Shown here piece after piece: positions 1 through 15,438 of a stretch of 64,000 nt of DNA; positions within the stretch are counted from its first letter, which is position 1, and the number at the start of each line of letters is the position of its first letter. The notes beneath the pieces are model-generated. The model made no database searches. It was not told the DNA's origin and saw nothing but the letters and a program-made list of their open reading frames with translations. The stretch lies in the NCBI GenBank assembly GCA_951406725.2, contig OX597818.1, positions 51,460,001-51,524,000 of the forward strand, written 5' to 3'. The DNA is from Octopus vulgaris (Eukaryota). The translations under genes and the position numbers were made by a program.

Positions 1-2790
1 TTACATCGACCCCAGTGTATAACTGGTACTTAATTTATCGACCCTGAAAGGATGAAAGGCAAAGTTGACCTCGGCGGAATTTGAACTCAAAACGTAACGA
101 CAGACAAGATACGCATTTCTTTACTACCCACAAGGGGCTAAACACAGAGGGGACAAACAAGGACAAACAGATTAAGTTGATTACATCGACCTCAGTGTGT
201 AACTGGTACTTATTTAATCGACCCCGAAAGGATGAAAGGCAAAGTCAACCTTGGTGGAATTTGAACTCAGAATGTAACGGCAGATGAAATGCTGCTAAGC
301 ATTTTGCCCAGTGTGCTAACGGTTCTGTCAACTCGTTGCCTTTTGGCACAGTTCCTATGGCTGGATGCCATTCCTAACAGCAACCACTTGGTGCTTTTTA
401 TGTGACACCTACAATTGTTACTTTACTTGGAAGCAGATTAGGATTGGCAATGGGAATGTTATCCAGCAATAGAAACTGTTCCAACAAATTTCGGCTGATC
501 CATGCAAGCATGAAAAAAGTGGATGTTGAAATTATGACACACACACGTTTGTGTATGTGCATGAGCTAATCCATACTTCCAACCCTCCATCTTTATATAT
601 GTTCACATATTGTAAACAAAAGCATCACTGATCTTACAGGCAATGTTGTTTACTTGTCACCATGAAGACATGTCCAGGCTTCTCAAAAAGCTGCATGATA
701 TTTGTAAACACGGGGTACATTCAGATTGTCGTTTGTTGTTTGATAGACAGGGGGTCATTACTTCGCTAGGAAACAGATGAAGCATTAGAAAGTGTTTCTT
801 GCCATAGGAAACCCTGCCTCAGCAGCCTTGTCAGACCCATACAAGCATGGAAAAGTAGACATTAGGATGATGATGATATAAACAAGAATAGAACCATGAG
901 CAAATAGTACCAGTGGCACGTAAAAAGCACCATCCGACCGTGGCTGTTTGCCAGCCCCGTCTGGCACCTGTGCCGGTGGCACATAAAAAGCACCTACTAC
1001 ACTCACGGAGTGGTTGGCGTTAGGAAGGGCATCCAGCCGTAAAAACACTGCCAGATCAGACTGGGCCTGGTGCAGCCTTCTGGCTTCCCAGACCCCAGTT
1101 GAACCATCCAACCCATGCTAGCATGGAAAGTGAACGCTAAATAATGATGATGATGATGATGATGATAAGAAGAACTTAATTCTAAGTTTGCTATGAGTTA
1201 AAAGTACCTCTTCTGTGACTATTTTTCACAAGAATATGCAACCCACATTCAAATGACTAATTAAACAATTGCACTGAACATGAACTTGGTACTTCAACAC
1301 AATATTCTTGCTGTTTAGCACCAGGTCAGCTCTGCATAAGAATTATGGGTGTAAGACATTCCAGTCACACCCATTTTGTTTTAGAGGGCATCAAACACTA
1401 TATTTTTTTTTTTATATATGTGCCCTTTTCAAGCCTGGCCCGGTTTCTGTTGCGTATGTGTTCCCCCCCAGCTGGACAGGTTGCTAGTCCATTGCAGCGT
1501 TACTCAAGAAACAGGAAGAAAGAGTGAGAGAAAGTTGGAGCGAAAGTGTACAACAGGGGTCGCCACTACCCCCTGCAAGAGCCTTGTGGATCGTTAGATA
1601 TTTTCGCTCACTAAATACACACAATGCCCGGTCTTGAAATCGAAACCATGATCCTCCGACTGCGAGTCCGCTGCCCTAACCACTGGGCCATTGCGCCTCC
1701 ACATCAAACACTATAAACCATACAATATACTTTGCCTTTTTTAGAGTGTAGGGTAAAATTTAAGGCAGATTTCACTGCTGTTTTGAACCAAGACTATTTG
1801 TACATTTGTATTATGATGGAATTTTGGTGACCTTGTAGTAAGAAGTTTGCTTCTCAACCACATGGTTCCGGGTTCAGTCCCACTGTGTGGCACTTTGAGC
1901 AAGTATCTTTTACTACAGCACGTCTCAGGATGACCAAAGCCTTGTGAGTGGATTTGGTAGACAGAAACTGAAAGAAGCTTGCCGTGCTTGTGTGTGTGTG
2001 TGTCTGTCTGTCTGTTTGTCTCCCACCACCATTTGACAACCTATGTTGGTGTGTTTACGTCCCTGTAACTTAGCGGTCCAACAAAAAAAAAACCAATAGG
2101 CTTAAATATAATAAGTGGGGTCGATTCATTTGACTAAAATTCTTGAAGAAGGTGCCCCAGCATGGCTGCAGTCTAATGTAAAAAATAAAAGATGTAACAA
2201 AAGAAGGCGAGTTCTCTAGCAACAGAGAACAAAAATATTCCAGATTCAGAGACAAACGGTGTTTCCATCTCGGTGGTATTTCCTTTTACATAATTACATT
2301 CATCGTCAGTACTTTTATATTTATCTAATATAGTTGGCACAGGTCACATACGTCTGATTAAATGCATATAATGTACAGCGTATTTTCATTTACTGATTCT
2401 ATATTTACATTCTCTAAGCAGGAGAATGGATTGAATGTTTGTTTACGATATTTACATGAATCACAAGATTCACTTTCAATACATCAGGAAATCTCTTTTT
2501 CAATTCAACTACTCAACCATGAAGTCACTGTTGCTTGTGGTTTTCTTACTAAACTAACTGAAGCAAGTAAATTCACGTATTTCACTTAAATGTTTAGTAT
2601 TTAAACTTGCAAAGTCAAGCCCAGATATCCTTCCTGTTTTATGGTCAAACTGACCTGATCTGGCCTCTTACGTTTATCTTACAATCTCATTCTAAAAATA
2701 AACAATCATATCATTGAAATTTTGAAGTTACAAGATAATGCATGATTATTTCAAAACAATGTCAACAAAATAAGCAATACATTTGATGAG

Positions 2791-3307
2791 TACCATAAAT
2801 CCTCGAGTATAATCCGCATATTTTCCCCCAAATTTAAAGGTCAAAATCCCTATTGCGTACTATATACGAGGTTAAAAATGAAAATTATTTTCTAAGCAAT
2901 GTCCGAGTCTCTATTTGCTGTCCGGCAATGTTTATTCAGACGCATTTTATGATGTCGGGCGCGAAAATACCTTAAGCTAAGCCTGAAAGCAATGAAGTCA
3001 TAAAAGAGTCATCCATAACTTGCAGTAAGCAACATTTATTAAACGTTATCACTGTTATTACTATTATTTCTTTATTTTTTGCAAACAAAATGCACAAAAA
3101 AGCTACACATTTGCATTATGTTATATATACAATAATAATAAAGGATGTCACCGTATACAGTTTTACAAACTAAGGACATTATATAGACCTCAAGTTAGAG
3201 AAGGGGTAAGTATTACACACAAGATTTAGGTTTTCCAGAGGTACAGCCCCCTAAAAATCGCCTGCGTATTATACTCAAGGGCGGACTATACTCGAAGATT
3301 TATGGTA
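2791..3307. mobile_element. TA-flanked MITE (pogo/Tc1-mariner type)
   Basis: TIRs TACCATAAATCCTCGAGTATAATCCGC / GCGGACTATACTCGAAGATTTATGGTA, with internal TIR-like subrepeats. Confidence 0.85.
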
Positions 3308-6300
3308 TTCTGAATGCTAAAGGGTCGTGGTGCAATATACAATGCCAATGGTACCATTTACAGGGGTTCACTTGTCAGCTGAGCATGCTTCACACAACAA
3401 GACACACACAAACATAACAAACAGCCTTCTTAGTTTTGCTCATTACATTCGAAATCAATTAATAATAATGTATTTGATAACGAGCAGAAGGGTAACAGAT
3501 CCAATCCCTTTTTGTTACTGTAAACACCTGGAGACCTGCATTCTTTGGAGAGATGATGACAGAGAATGAAAGATGAATTGATATTAATCATCCAATATGG
3601 AATTTATCATGAAATGTCAAAGAGACGCATGGAAAGAGTAAGGAGTGGAAATGGTTACAGTTAGTTAAAAGAGCAAGTGACACTTTGCAAATGTATCTTG
3701 CCAACCTTTGTACAGACGATGCAGTGACATAATATTTATTGCATATCTTGTCAAGTAGCATTTAAAAGCAATAACAATGTTCTGTTATGATTTATCCTTA
3801 CAGGCAAGAATCAAAAAAGATAATTGTTTATGTATTAAGAAATTTGGTACTTTAAACAAAAACGTGGACAATATTTCTGTATAGTTTAGGTAATGGTAGA
3901 AGGCACTTCTAAAATTCACCAAGGTGATCGTTGGAAAATACTGGTTTATTAATTTTTGTCAATATATACATCTTTTGTTGAAAGATACACAAACACATAC
4001 AAATTTCTGTATAGTTTAGGTAATGGTAGAAGGCCCTTCTCCAAGCTGCTGTGTAATGGGATTAAACTTAGGTTCATCACCATCATCATCATCATAATTT
4101 TAATGTTTACTGAGGCAGATTTTCTACAACCAGATGCTCTTCCCGTTGCCAACCTTCACTTGTTTTCAAACAAGCTAATATTTTGCCATGGCCTGACATG
4201 AATTTTCAGAATTTTCAGAAACGAATGACACTGCTTGTATGACTATCTTTTGCAACTATCACGCCTTGTCAAGGCAAGGAGACACTCACAAATGATGAAC
4301 TTCTTTCTGTTTCCATCTACCAAATCCCCTCACAAGGATTTGATCAGCCTGGGGCTATAGTAGCTCAAAGTGCCATACAGTGAGACTGAACCTGAAACTA
4401 TGTGGTTAGGAAGAAATCTTCTGTGATCTGTAGAGATGCACAAGGCTGTAATGGTCATGTAGCCAAGGTACTGGACTAATGACCATACAATAGATATTGC
4501 TTTTAACAGATTGAAGGCAAAGCCTGTTGATACCCTTCCCCACAGGCTTCCTAGGAGATGGGACTACTTTCTCTCTTCCTACCACTCTCTTCCTTTCTCC
4601 ACCATACCTGGGACTGACTATGGCAAGCTTGTAGTCTCACATACCTCTAAACAAAAAAAAAAGAAAAGAAAAAGAAATGATCTTACAATGCAAAGGTAAC
4701 ATCAGATAATGTTAGACTACATTATCTAATATGTCTCCCATGCTTTGTAATGTCAGCAAAGTATGATTTGAAGGGAGATTTTACAGGGATTCCTCACAGA
4801 TCAGCTAAGCATATAGAGGCTTCTTCACTGGCTCCTGTAATTTGGTGGTTTACAATGCTGACATTGGATCTGTTTACATCAGAACAAAACAAATGGCAGC
4901 CTAACAAGAGAAGAACTTTGCACACCGGCTGCTATAATGACAAATGATAAAAGTACAGTCAGAATACTAATACTATTTAGCAGATTATTTCTTTATCTGT
5001 CTCTCTAATAAACAAACACAATTTCCAATCAGATACTGTATTAGAGTCCAATAGCTTCACTCTACTGAGTCACGTTCAAACATGTCTTTAGCAACGAAGG
5101 ACGCTAGCTGCACTTTTAAGCTCCCTCCATAGATCCTAAACACCTATAGATCATGCTTTAGTCTCACCAGGATCTAAATCCAGTGTATGTGTGCATGCAC
5201 CCAGAATCTGTGTTAGTCTGGATCAGTGGAGAAAGCGAATTAATTTAACAAGGTGCTTTAAAGTAATGACAAGTTCTAGGAAGTTGCAAAAGGACAAGTT
5301 AGAACAGGCTGCAAGCAAGAATTGCAGATTTCTGCAATTGTTGCAGTTGGTGTAATCATGCACGCAACCAATGAAGCATTCTGTCGGTAAACTACTTATG
5401 ATGTGGAAAGTGTTTTGGACTAATAGGTGTTGTTAACATGAGGTTAGCCCTGATCAAGCAGATCTATGATCAAAGATGTTCCAGACATGGCCATCCTGTC
5501 TATTTATATATCTGAGACTACAATCCTTTAATGTGTCCTTCTTTTTCAAGGTATTAAATTGTGATCAGAGGGAGAGTTGGTAGCTATTTCTAACAGGTCA
5601 AGCAACAGCACAGAGGCTCTCCCATGAGCTTAATTGGAAATTAGTGGGGAAAAAGATCAAAACACAGGCTAAGTAGGGTCCTTCAAGAAATCTATGTTTG
5701 TCCTCATCTTTATTAAAAGTGGATATTTATTCCACCTAGGAGTTAAGTTAACACAACCTCTTGTTGCATTAAGCGACTTAGAAGATTTTTTTTAATGTTT
5801 TTTCAGGCTTGTTTTTCTTGCTGGTATTGGTTAGAAAGGTTTGTAAATTATGACAATTGCAGACGTTTTTGAAGTAGAAGTAGTTCTTATAGCTATATTC
5901 TTTCCCTGAGCACAAAAATCTCATTTGTGAAACAGAAGTCATGTCTGAGATTGATTTTGTTAATGACCGAGAGAAACTAACAAATACACACATGATCCAA
6001 TGAAGTAAAATCTGAGTTGTTTATGGATGAAACAACACTGGTTCAAACTGCCATATCTACTGTGCCGTTTGATTGGACAAAGTCTACAACTTCTCTGGTC
6101 TCAGATGACTTGAAAAAGTTGGTTAAAAAGGTGGAATGACTGTTGCAGTGAGTGCCACTGACCATTCTCCATGGCAATGCCTTTGCAATCAGGTTAGTGA
6201 TGCGCAATCAAACATGCCATTTGGTTTGTGGTGTACAACCTATTACCCCCACCATCTTCTGTTTAACTTGTCTTTCCTTTTTCTTTGTATCCTAGGTGAG

Positions 6301-6852
6301 GTAGGTAAAGGCTTTTCTTTTCTCAGTAATTTTAATCTTTTATAGTTTTAATGTTTTCTTTCTATCTTTCCTTCCTGTAAAAAATATGCTGTTAATAAAG
6401 TGTAGATTGTAAGGGAGTTATATTAACAACACATTGTAAATAAATTCAAATTGTGCAACAGAGGCAGCTCTGTAATATTAACATTATTACAAATATCACA
6501 AATTAACATGTTTATCGTTTGAATGCCAGAAGCAGCAATTTATCATCATCATCATCGTTTAACGCCCGCTTTCCATGCTAGCATGGGTTGGACAGTTCAA
6601 CCGGGGTCTGGGAAGCCAGGAGGCTGCACCAGGCTCCAGCCTGATATGGCAGTGTTTCTACAGCTGGATGCCCTTCCTAATGCCAACCACTCCGTGAGTG
6701 TAGTGGGTGCTTTTTACATGCCACCAGCACAGGTGCCAGGCGAGGCTGGCAACGGCCACGATCGGTTGGTGCTTTTTACGTGCCACCGGCACTGGTGTCA
6801 CAACTGCAATTTCCATTGATTTTTGATCGATGGAAAAATCCTTTTAAAGATT

Positions 6853-7300
6853 TCTTCTTCTTCTGCCTTTAACCCTCCAATACAGAGTATAGGCCACTTA
6901 TAGTTGAATCCCATGTCGCATAATTTTTCGCTTCTGTACTTATACTCTGCCATGAATGTCCCCCTTTCTCTAGTTCCTTTTGTGTTGATTTACGCCACGA
7001 GTTCTTAGGCCTACCTTTCTTTCTATATCCATCCGGATTCCACTGTAAAGCACTTTTTGCTACACTTGGTGTGTCTTTTCTAATTGTGCTACCAATCCAC
7101 TTCCACTTTTTCTTAAATATTTGCTCCCTAATCGAAACTTGGTTTGTTCTTTGCCATAGCTCCATATTGCCTATGTGTTCGGGGCCATCTAATCTTAAGT
7201 ATACTACGCAAACATCTGTTGATGAATGATTGTATTTGCTTATTTGACTTAACTGTTGTTCGCCATGTCTCAGCCCCATACAATAACACTGTATTGTCGT
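6853..7300 (-). mobile_element. RTE-clade LINE 3' fragment
   Basis: ORF 7279-6869 ends WQRTNQ...KWKWIGSTIRK...ALQWNPDGYRKKGRPKNSWRK, typical of an RTE C-terminus; (GAA)n tail at 6853-6864. Confidence 0.88.
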
Positions 7301-8340
7301 ATTAATTTAAAGATGTAGTGTTACAAAAACACACTATACTTCAAGCCAAGCAAAACAAAATTGACCCTCACTTCTGGGGTGTTTTGTTTCACCTAGCTCT
7401 AAAGTATATTCTGTTTTTCAACATTATACATCTTTAAAGGGGTTTTTTTCCCAGACGATAAATTGCAGTACATGGCATTCAAACAACACATTCGTTATGC
7501 AGTTAAATTACACAGACAGTTCATTTCTGTCACTTCAGCAACTAAATAAACATGGTTAATGTTGACAATAACAAAAACTTTTCAAAGTGTTGCTCAGATT
7601 GATCATAGCAAGCATTCTTTGTAGTAGTAGTAGTAGTAAAAAGAAAAAGAACCACCACCACCACCACCATTTTAATAGTGGCTTAGTGGTTTGGGAGTCA
7701 GCATCATGATCGTAAGATTGTGGTTTCGATTCCTGGGCCGGGTGACGCATTGTGTTCTTGAGCAAAATACTTCATTTCACGTTGCTCCAGTCCACTCAGC
7801 TGGCAAAAATCAGTAACGCTGTGATGGACTGGCATTCCGTCCAGCTGGGGAACACATATGCCATTGAAACTGGGAAACCGGGCCCATGAGCCTGGCTGGG
7901 CTTTAAAAGGGCACATTTTACTTATTAACGTTCACTTTTCCATGCTTCCATGGGTCAGACAGAGTTTATGGAGGCAGATTTCTATGACTGGATCTCTTGT
8001 CAACCCTCACCTGTTTCCAGAGAAGATCCATACTTCCCCGTGGCCAGAAATGCTTTCACAGAATATCGAGAATGAATATCATCCTTTTACAACAATCATG
8101 CGATATCAAGACAAAGAGACACAAGCACACATATTATATGACAAGCTTCTTTCATTTTCCATCTCACAAATCCACTCCCAAGGATTCGGTCAGCCCTGGG
8201 CTATATAGAAGATATTTGTCAAAGGTGCTGTGCACTGAAACTGAACCCGAAGCCATGTAGTTGGGAAGCAAACTTCTTAACCAGACAGCCATGCTTGTAC
8301 TTGTAACTTGTGTTTGAATTACTTTTTTTTTTATCATTGA

Positions 8341-8698
8341 CTAGCACTATGACCCGGCGTTGCATGCTGGTGCATGCATATACAGCTGCGTGCATGTGCA
8401 CATACACTCGAGTACAGTCCAAATCTCCGACCAATCACATACAGCTAGCTGGCATTCAATTGGCGTATCAAGTTTCGGGCATTTTGATTGGGTTTTGGAG
8501 AGAAAATTCACAAAAAAGTCAATTCTATTGATTTTTAATGGCTTTGCGGGGTGACTGGGGAAATGTAAAGATGTGCACGACCACCCTTGGACGGTTTTGA
8601 ATGACCATAGAAATTGAGAGCCCTCTAACTGAAAAATTGTGGATTTGTATAAAGGACACACACACAGACAGACATTTTGCCGTTTATATATATAGAGA
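8341..8698 (-). mobile_element. Non-autonomous Helitron
   Basis: Minus strand: A|TCTCTATATATATAAA...(TGTC)n...GCAACGCCGGGTCATAGTGCTAG|T, i.e. TC 5' end, CTAG 3' end and an AT target. Confidence 0.75.
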
Positions 8699-8725
8699 TG
8701 TTTTTTTCTCTTATAGAAACTTGGG

Positions 8726-8916
8726 TTAACCCTTTTGTTACTGTATTTATTTAGAGATGCTCTGTGTATCTTTCAATTATTTTAAATAAATCAAAGAATT
8801 TAGTAAAATAACTTAGTTATCATTAAGATAGTGTTAGGTATATAAACTGCGACTAAGGTTTGGTGGTATTACAGAGCCAGAGCTGGTTTTGGCCGGGCTG
8901 GTAACGAAAGGGTTAA
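8726..8916. mobile_element. TTAA-flanked piggyBac-type MITE
   Basis: TTAA-CCCTTTTGTTAC ... GTAACGAAAGGG-TTAA. Confidence 0.8.
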
Positions 8917-9391
8917 GCAGAGCTATTATATCCAATTCTAAGACACTTGGAATTCCAACATAGATGATGTTACACACCTTCAAACTAAACAGCCACTTCT
9001 CTTCAAGCTGTTAAGCCATATTTTGCACTGGTGTCAAGAGAAACTTCACGATCAGGAGAGAGGAATGAAGTTTAACCCTCTAGCATTGAGATTACTCTGT
9101 CAAATGTTCTGCTTATTTATTCACAATGTTTTGAATTATTCATGCATTATCCTATAGTTCTGAGATTTTGATAATGCAATTACTCTTTTACTTGTTTCAG
9201 TCATTTGGCTGTGGCCATGCTGGAGCACCGCCTTTTTTAGTCGAGTAAATCGACCGCAGGACTTATTCTTTGTAAGCTTAGTACTTATTCTATCGGTCTC
9301 TTTTACTGAACTGCTAAGTTACAGGGATGTAAACACACCAGCATCGGTTGTCAAGCGATGTTGGGGGACAAACACAGTCACACAAACATAC

Positions 9392-9430
<39 letters not shown>

Positions 9431-11944
9431 CATACATACGACGGGCTTCTTTCAGTTTCCGTCTACTAAATTCACTCACAAGGCTTTGGTCGGCCCGAGG
9501 CTATAGAAGACACTTGCCCAAGGTGCCATGCAGTGGGATTGAACCCGGAACCATGTGGTTGGTAAGCAAGCTACTTACCACACAGCAACTCCTACGTCTA
9601 GTTGCTTATTTTTAGAATGACATTGTTGAGTAGGTAATGAAAGGCCAGAGTTGGCTGTTTTAACATGAAATAGGAGGATATTTGGGCTGGATATAGCTGG
9701 TTTGATTAAATCTTTGAATGCTGAAAGTGGAAATGGCCATTCAAAATTTTATAACCATTAACCGTGGAAAGTGATTATACTCCATGACTTTGGAAAAAAA
9801 AGCCAAAAAACAAAAGCCAATAGAAAACCGATTATAGCAGTGACTCCATCTAAGAATATCTGAAGAAGGAATATTATTCCAAAATATCATATCATACTAT
9901 GGATGACTAAATTACAACAGGTATATATCCCATTGTCTGTATAATAGTGCATTGTTGTACTATTCAAAACTTTTTATTCTTTACAAAAAAAAACAAAAAC
10001 AGAAAAAACACCTTCCCTATGCTGTAAGAAGTGAAAATATTTCTAGATTTACAAAAGACAATCTTTCAGATTTTCTAATCATACGCTTCATCAGATATCT
10101 TTTCGTAGAGCAAGAGTCAAATACTTTTCGTGGTAGAGAAGGAAATTGTACCTAAGGAAGATACTGAAAAAGTACTGCAGAAGCAGAAAATATCAATTCC
10201 ATCTTTTTGGGGTGGATAAGTAATATCATTACAGGAATGACCACGAAATGGTAATTATGCAGTCAAAGAATTAAATGCTAAAGGTTTAAATCAAGCACCT
10301 TATCCTTGCATTTTGTTCTGTTCATTCTTCAACTAAGTTCCAGTTCACTGGACTGTGGTCATGCTGGGATTCCACCAGCATTACATATATCATTTATTCT
10401 GATACATATTTTATCAACTTTAGAAGTGTGAAAGGCAAAGTTAATTTGAATTCAAAACTGAAATTGATACTGAAACAAAATACGACAAAATATTTCGCTA
10501 GCATCATCTACTGAATCTCTTATCTGTCTGTTTATTTTATTTTCAATTTGTCTTCTTATACTTTAAGAGTTTACAGATTTAGATAATTCCACAACCCAAC
10601 AGTGGTTAATTTATTCCTAGAAATTTTAGCAGCGTGCCAAACTGGTGGCTTATCTTCAGGTTCTACAGTGTTGAGCAAAAAGAATGATAAACTCCTGGAT
10701 ATGATGCCAATCTGCTGTAAACAACACTCTCAGGAGATACGGTACCTATTCTCAACAACGGTAAGCACAAACTATTAAATGCAGAATATCTGAGCACGTG
10801 ATTTGGTAGGTAATTCAATACTTTGTCATTTGAATATTTTCTCTCCGCACCATAATGAAATGGAGTCTGGCGGAAATCAACTGAGCAGTTTGTCTTGGGT
10901 AGCAGTCTGGCAATAGAGTAATGAGGAGAGATGTAATTTGTTCACAACCAGAAGTATACAAGTACAGTGACTATCAGTTTCATTGTAGCCTATTTGCTCA
11001 AACACATATATTAAAGGAATCGTAAATATATTGCCCAAATAGACATAGATACATATGTATGCGAACACGTTTATATACAGAGAAAGAACGAGGGAGAAAT
11101 ATATTAATGTACACAAAAATACATGATAAACAAATTGATGTATTTCATATCAGTTATCCATAAGCAAGAAGAATATTAAAAATAAAGAACAAAAACTGAA
11201 GGAAATGATAAGATTATAATATACAGGATGTATTATGGAAATCTCAGAAGTACATCCTGAGGCAAGAAAATAATAATGCTAACAACAACAACAACAACAA
11301 CAATAATAATAATGGTTTCAAATTTTGGCAAAAGGCCAGCAAATTCAGGGAGGTGATAAGTCAATTACATCAACCCCAGTGTTTAACTGGTATTTATTTA
11401 GTCGACCTCAAAGGGATGAAAGGCAATGTTGACCTTGGTGGGATTTGAACTCAAAACATAAAAACAGACAAAATGCTGCCAAGCATTTTGCCCAGCGCGC
11501 TAACAATTCTGCCAGCTTACTGCCTTAATAATTATGGTAATAATCCTTTCTATTAAAGACACAAGGCCTGGAATTTTAGGGGAGGGGACTAGTTGATTAC
11601 ATCAACCCCAGTTGTACTTAATACTGGATTGGATTGGATTGGACAGTTTGACAGGAGTTGGCAAAACGGAAAGCTGCACCAGGCTCTGTTGAAAAGTGGG
11701 ATGATAAATATAAAAATAACAAAATAACATGTTAATTAGGTTGTTTTATTTGTGAAATACATTGTTTTGAATTTGCAGCAGAAAGTGGTCTATATTTGTG
11801 GTGGGGAAGGTGGGGGAGCTAGGCATGTGAGCTGGGTGCCAAGGGGGCGACAGCCTGAAAAAGTCTGGGAACTATTGGTCTATATGGCTGGATGCCCTTC
11901 CTAATGCCAACCACACCACAGCATATACATATACATTACACACA

Positions 11945-11978
<34 letters not shown>

Positions 11979-13861
11979 CAAGGTTGGCCAAAAGTCACCT
12001 AACAGTAAATCTAAGCTCAGCCTCATTGTGCACAAGCAAGTGCTTTTTACTACAGTGCTTTGGGTTGGCCAATACCTTTTGGGTGGAGTTTAGTAGGCAC
12101 TGGGCAGCATATATATATATACATATATGTATTTGGGTGCATGTGCACACGAGTGTGTGTGTGTATGCATGTGTGTATATGTCTGTGTGTATAATGAAAC
12201 AAAACTTGTTCTTTATGTCTTGTAACTTAGTGGTTTGACAAAGACCAACAAAGCAATTACCAGACTGAAATATGTACTGGGATGAATATGGTCATCTAAA
12301 AAAAAATAATAAACCTTTGAAAGTGGTGCTCCAGCATGGCCACAGGCCATTGTATATAGGCGTAAAAGGGTAAAAGGAAAACAAAGTGGTATGTGCTTAC
12401 ACAGGAATGTAGCTTTTGCAGAAGTTTATCAAAGAAGAAAATATTTTTGAAAAGAAGTCAGAGCTCATGACCTTTATTGGCACTCCCATACCAAAAAGCA
12501 GAGAGTAGGGCTACCAAAATTGGTACATTGGCACTATTTGACTCCTGTATGTTCTGTATGACACCAGATATTTTTTTTGTTAAAGAGCACCACATGAGTG
12601 TGATCGTTGACAGAGCGGCTAACCGGCTTCCGTGCCAGTGGCACATAAAAGGGCACCAATCGAGTATGATTGTTACCAGCGTCACCTTACTGTGTCTGTG
12701 TTTGTCCTCCCAACATCGCTTGACAACCGATGCTGGTGTGTTTGCGTCCCTGTAACTTAGTGGTTTGGCAAAAGAGACCGATAGAATAAGTACTAAGCTT
12801 ACAAAGAATAAGTTCTGGGGGTTGATTTGCTCAACTACAGGCGGTGCTCCAGCACGGCCATAGTTAAATGACTGAAGCAAGTAAAAGAGAAAGAGAGAGT
12901 GAAAGAGTATGAAAGGGTTAAATCTTCATATAGTCTGGGGTCTCATTATCACTCATTGCTCTTGAGTAATTCAAAAGCCAGCAATGAGTGACATTATTTT
13001 GCAGAGTTAACCAGAAATATTTTTCCATATTTCAGCAATGGTTCTAAGTACTGAAAATGAATATAAAGAATTTCAAAAATTCTAAACCTGAAAAATTCTT
13101 CACATCAGCTGCACATGAAGGCTTTTCCCCTCGAGCAAGTGGAAGAAAGAATTTAAGGACAATAACCTACACTTTTGTTGCATTTTTTCTTTTTACATCT
13201 GCTGACTTAAAAGAGGTATTCCCAAGGCTTTAACAAAATCTGCTCTGCTTTCTTAGTTTACAATTTTGCTTGACTATTTTAAGTTTAACTTGGAGATTCA
13301 AGCAGAGACTTTTAGACCTCATAAATTAAGGAATTCTACTAATACTAGTGTCAAAGGGACTATTTTCATCATCATCATCATTTAACATCTGTTGTCCATA
13401 AACAGGCCTCTGTGTGGACGCTAGACCTGCTAGAAATAGTAGCCAAACCACATTTAAATTACATTCTGCTTTCTTGAAAGCATGGGTTGGACAGTTTTGA
13501 CCAGGGCTAGCAAGATGAAAGGCTGCACCAGGTTCAAGTCTGATACAAATAAGCCCAGTAATAGGAAATATTACTTCACTTGGAGACAGGTGAGGTCTGG
13601 CTACAGAAAAGACATATGGTCATTGATGTTGATGATGATGTCCATGGGGACGAATCTGAAATAAATGCTACACACACACACACAGGTGCAGAGTTGAGTG
13701 GAGTCTCCATATTATTGTTCAGCCTAATGGAAACGCCACCTAAATAGTCATCAAGGCCAATCTCTGCTGTCCTTGAAGCGATAGGAGCACATTGGATAGC
13801 GTAGTCCCAGATACCCGTAAAAAAGACGGGTTAGTCATGACTGGAATGTGTTTGATCATAG

Positions 13862-14276
13862 GGATCTTTTCGGTTTGAACGGCAGTTTTTTAAAAATAAT
13901 TTCCACGTAACTAAACACTTTTAAACTTCGTATACTGGTAGAATGTGTTTATAAAACATCTTTTTCTCTTGGCTTTATTGAGAAAATTCTATAGTTTGTA
14001 AGATATTTGGGTTTTTTTTTCTTCTTCAATTTCTGCAATTTCAACCAATCAATGACGTCTATTGAGGTAAAAAACATTCTGTGCCGTATGAATATGCTCC
14101 TCGTTTAAGAAACAGATTGGGTTTATTTACATTTCTGAAGAAAAAAAAGATACCCTTCCCCTCACCCCTAACCCTAAAACAGATTGAAATGCAATAGATC
14201 GATACTAGGGTCAGAATTATGGGTGACAATTTCATATGACACCGCTAGAAAAAAACTCGGTCAAACCGAAAATTCC
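13862..14276. mobile_element. MITE with ~25-bp TIRs and probable 8-bp TSD
   Basis: GGATCTTTTCGGTTTGAACGGCAGTTTTT / AAAAAACTCGGTCAAACCGAAAATTCC; flanks GATCATAG (13854-13861) and GATTATAG (14277-14284); internal CCCTAACCCTAA. Confidence 0.7.
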
Positions 14277-14832
14277 GATTATAGCTTTGTTCAATCAGGA
14301 ATAACATGGATCTGCAGTTGTTTAAACCCAACTCAATCTACTCTGATCAACCGTGTTCCAGCAACGACCATCTCATATTATTTTCGGACATAATGTATCT
14401 AATACTTTACTATTTTCTATGTACCCTTCCGTTTTTCTTTCAAGAAAGTAGATTGTAATTTGAATATGGTTTGGCTACTATTTCTAGCAGGTCTAGCGAC
14501 CACACAGGGGCCTGTTTGCTTGAGTCAGCTATCGCAAGTTAATTTGGACCAGAGCCCCACCGTTTGCCAACGCCACGCACTAACAAAAAAGTTCTGTCAC
14601 CCAACATTCAAATCCCGCGGGACCGACATAGCTTTCGATCGGTTCTGGGTGTCGTTAGAATATATAGATGATTTAATCGACAAATATAACTCTCGTACAG
14701 AGATTTGTAGCTTCCTGCTAATGTGGAAAAAAAAAATCAATACCTGAGAACTAGCCGTTAGCTTCAGGTACACACACACACACGTAATAAAACTAATTGC
14801 TCACTCAATTCTACTGGTTATCATTTTACATA

Positions 14833-15003
<171 letters not shown>

Positions 15004-15089
15004 AATAAAATATTAGGGAATAAATCCAGGGAAAAATCAGATTTAGGATTGAATCCAATTTTATAGTAAAATATTATATTATATTAAAT

Positions 15090-15261
15090 TAAATTAGAGA
15101 TAAAACCACTATTAGGCAAATCATACAATGAAAAACTTAAGCCAATACATAAGATTAATTAATTCATATTATTTAAATATATATCAAAATTATTAATTAA
15201 TCTTATGTATTGGCTTAAGTTTTTCCATTGTATGATTTGCCTAATAGTGGTTTTATCTCTA

Positions 15262-15266
<5 letters not shown>
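15090..15266. repeat. Inverted repeat, ~73-bp arms
   Basis: TAAATTAGAGATAAAACCACTATTAGGCAAATCATACAATG...TAAGATTAATTAAT and its reverse complement. A related single arm lies at ~16310-16385. Confidence 0.9.
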
Positions 15267-15316
<50 letters not shown>

Positions 15317-15405
15317 TATATATACACACACACATATATATATATACACATACACGAATAGATATGCTATTAAATTAGTATCTAATTCTCTCACCCTTAT
15401 TAATT

Positions 15406-15438
<33 letters not shown>

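Noticed and set aside
14158-14178. Telomere-like CCCTAACCCTAA
   Set aside because: Only two units, and they are internal to a MITE.
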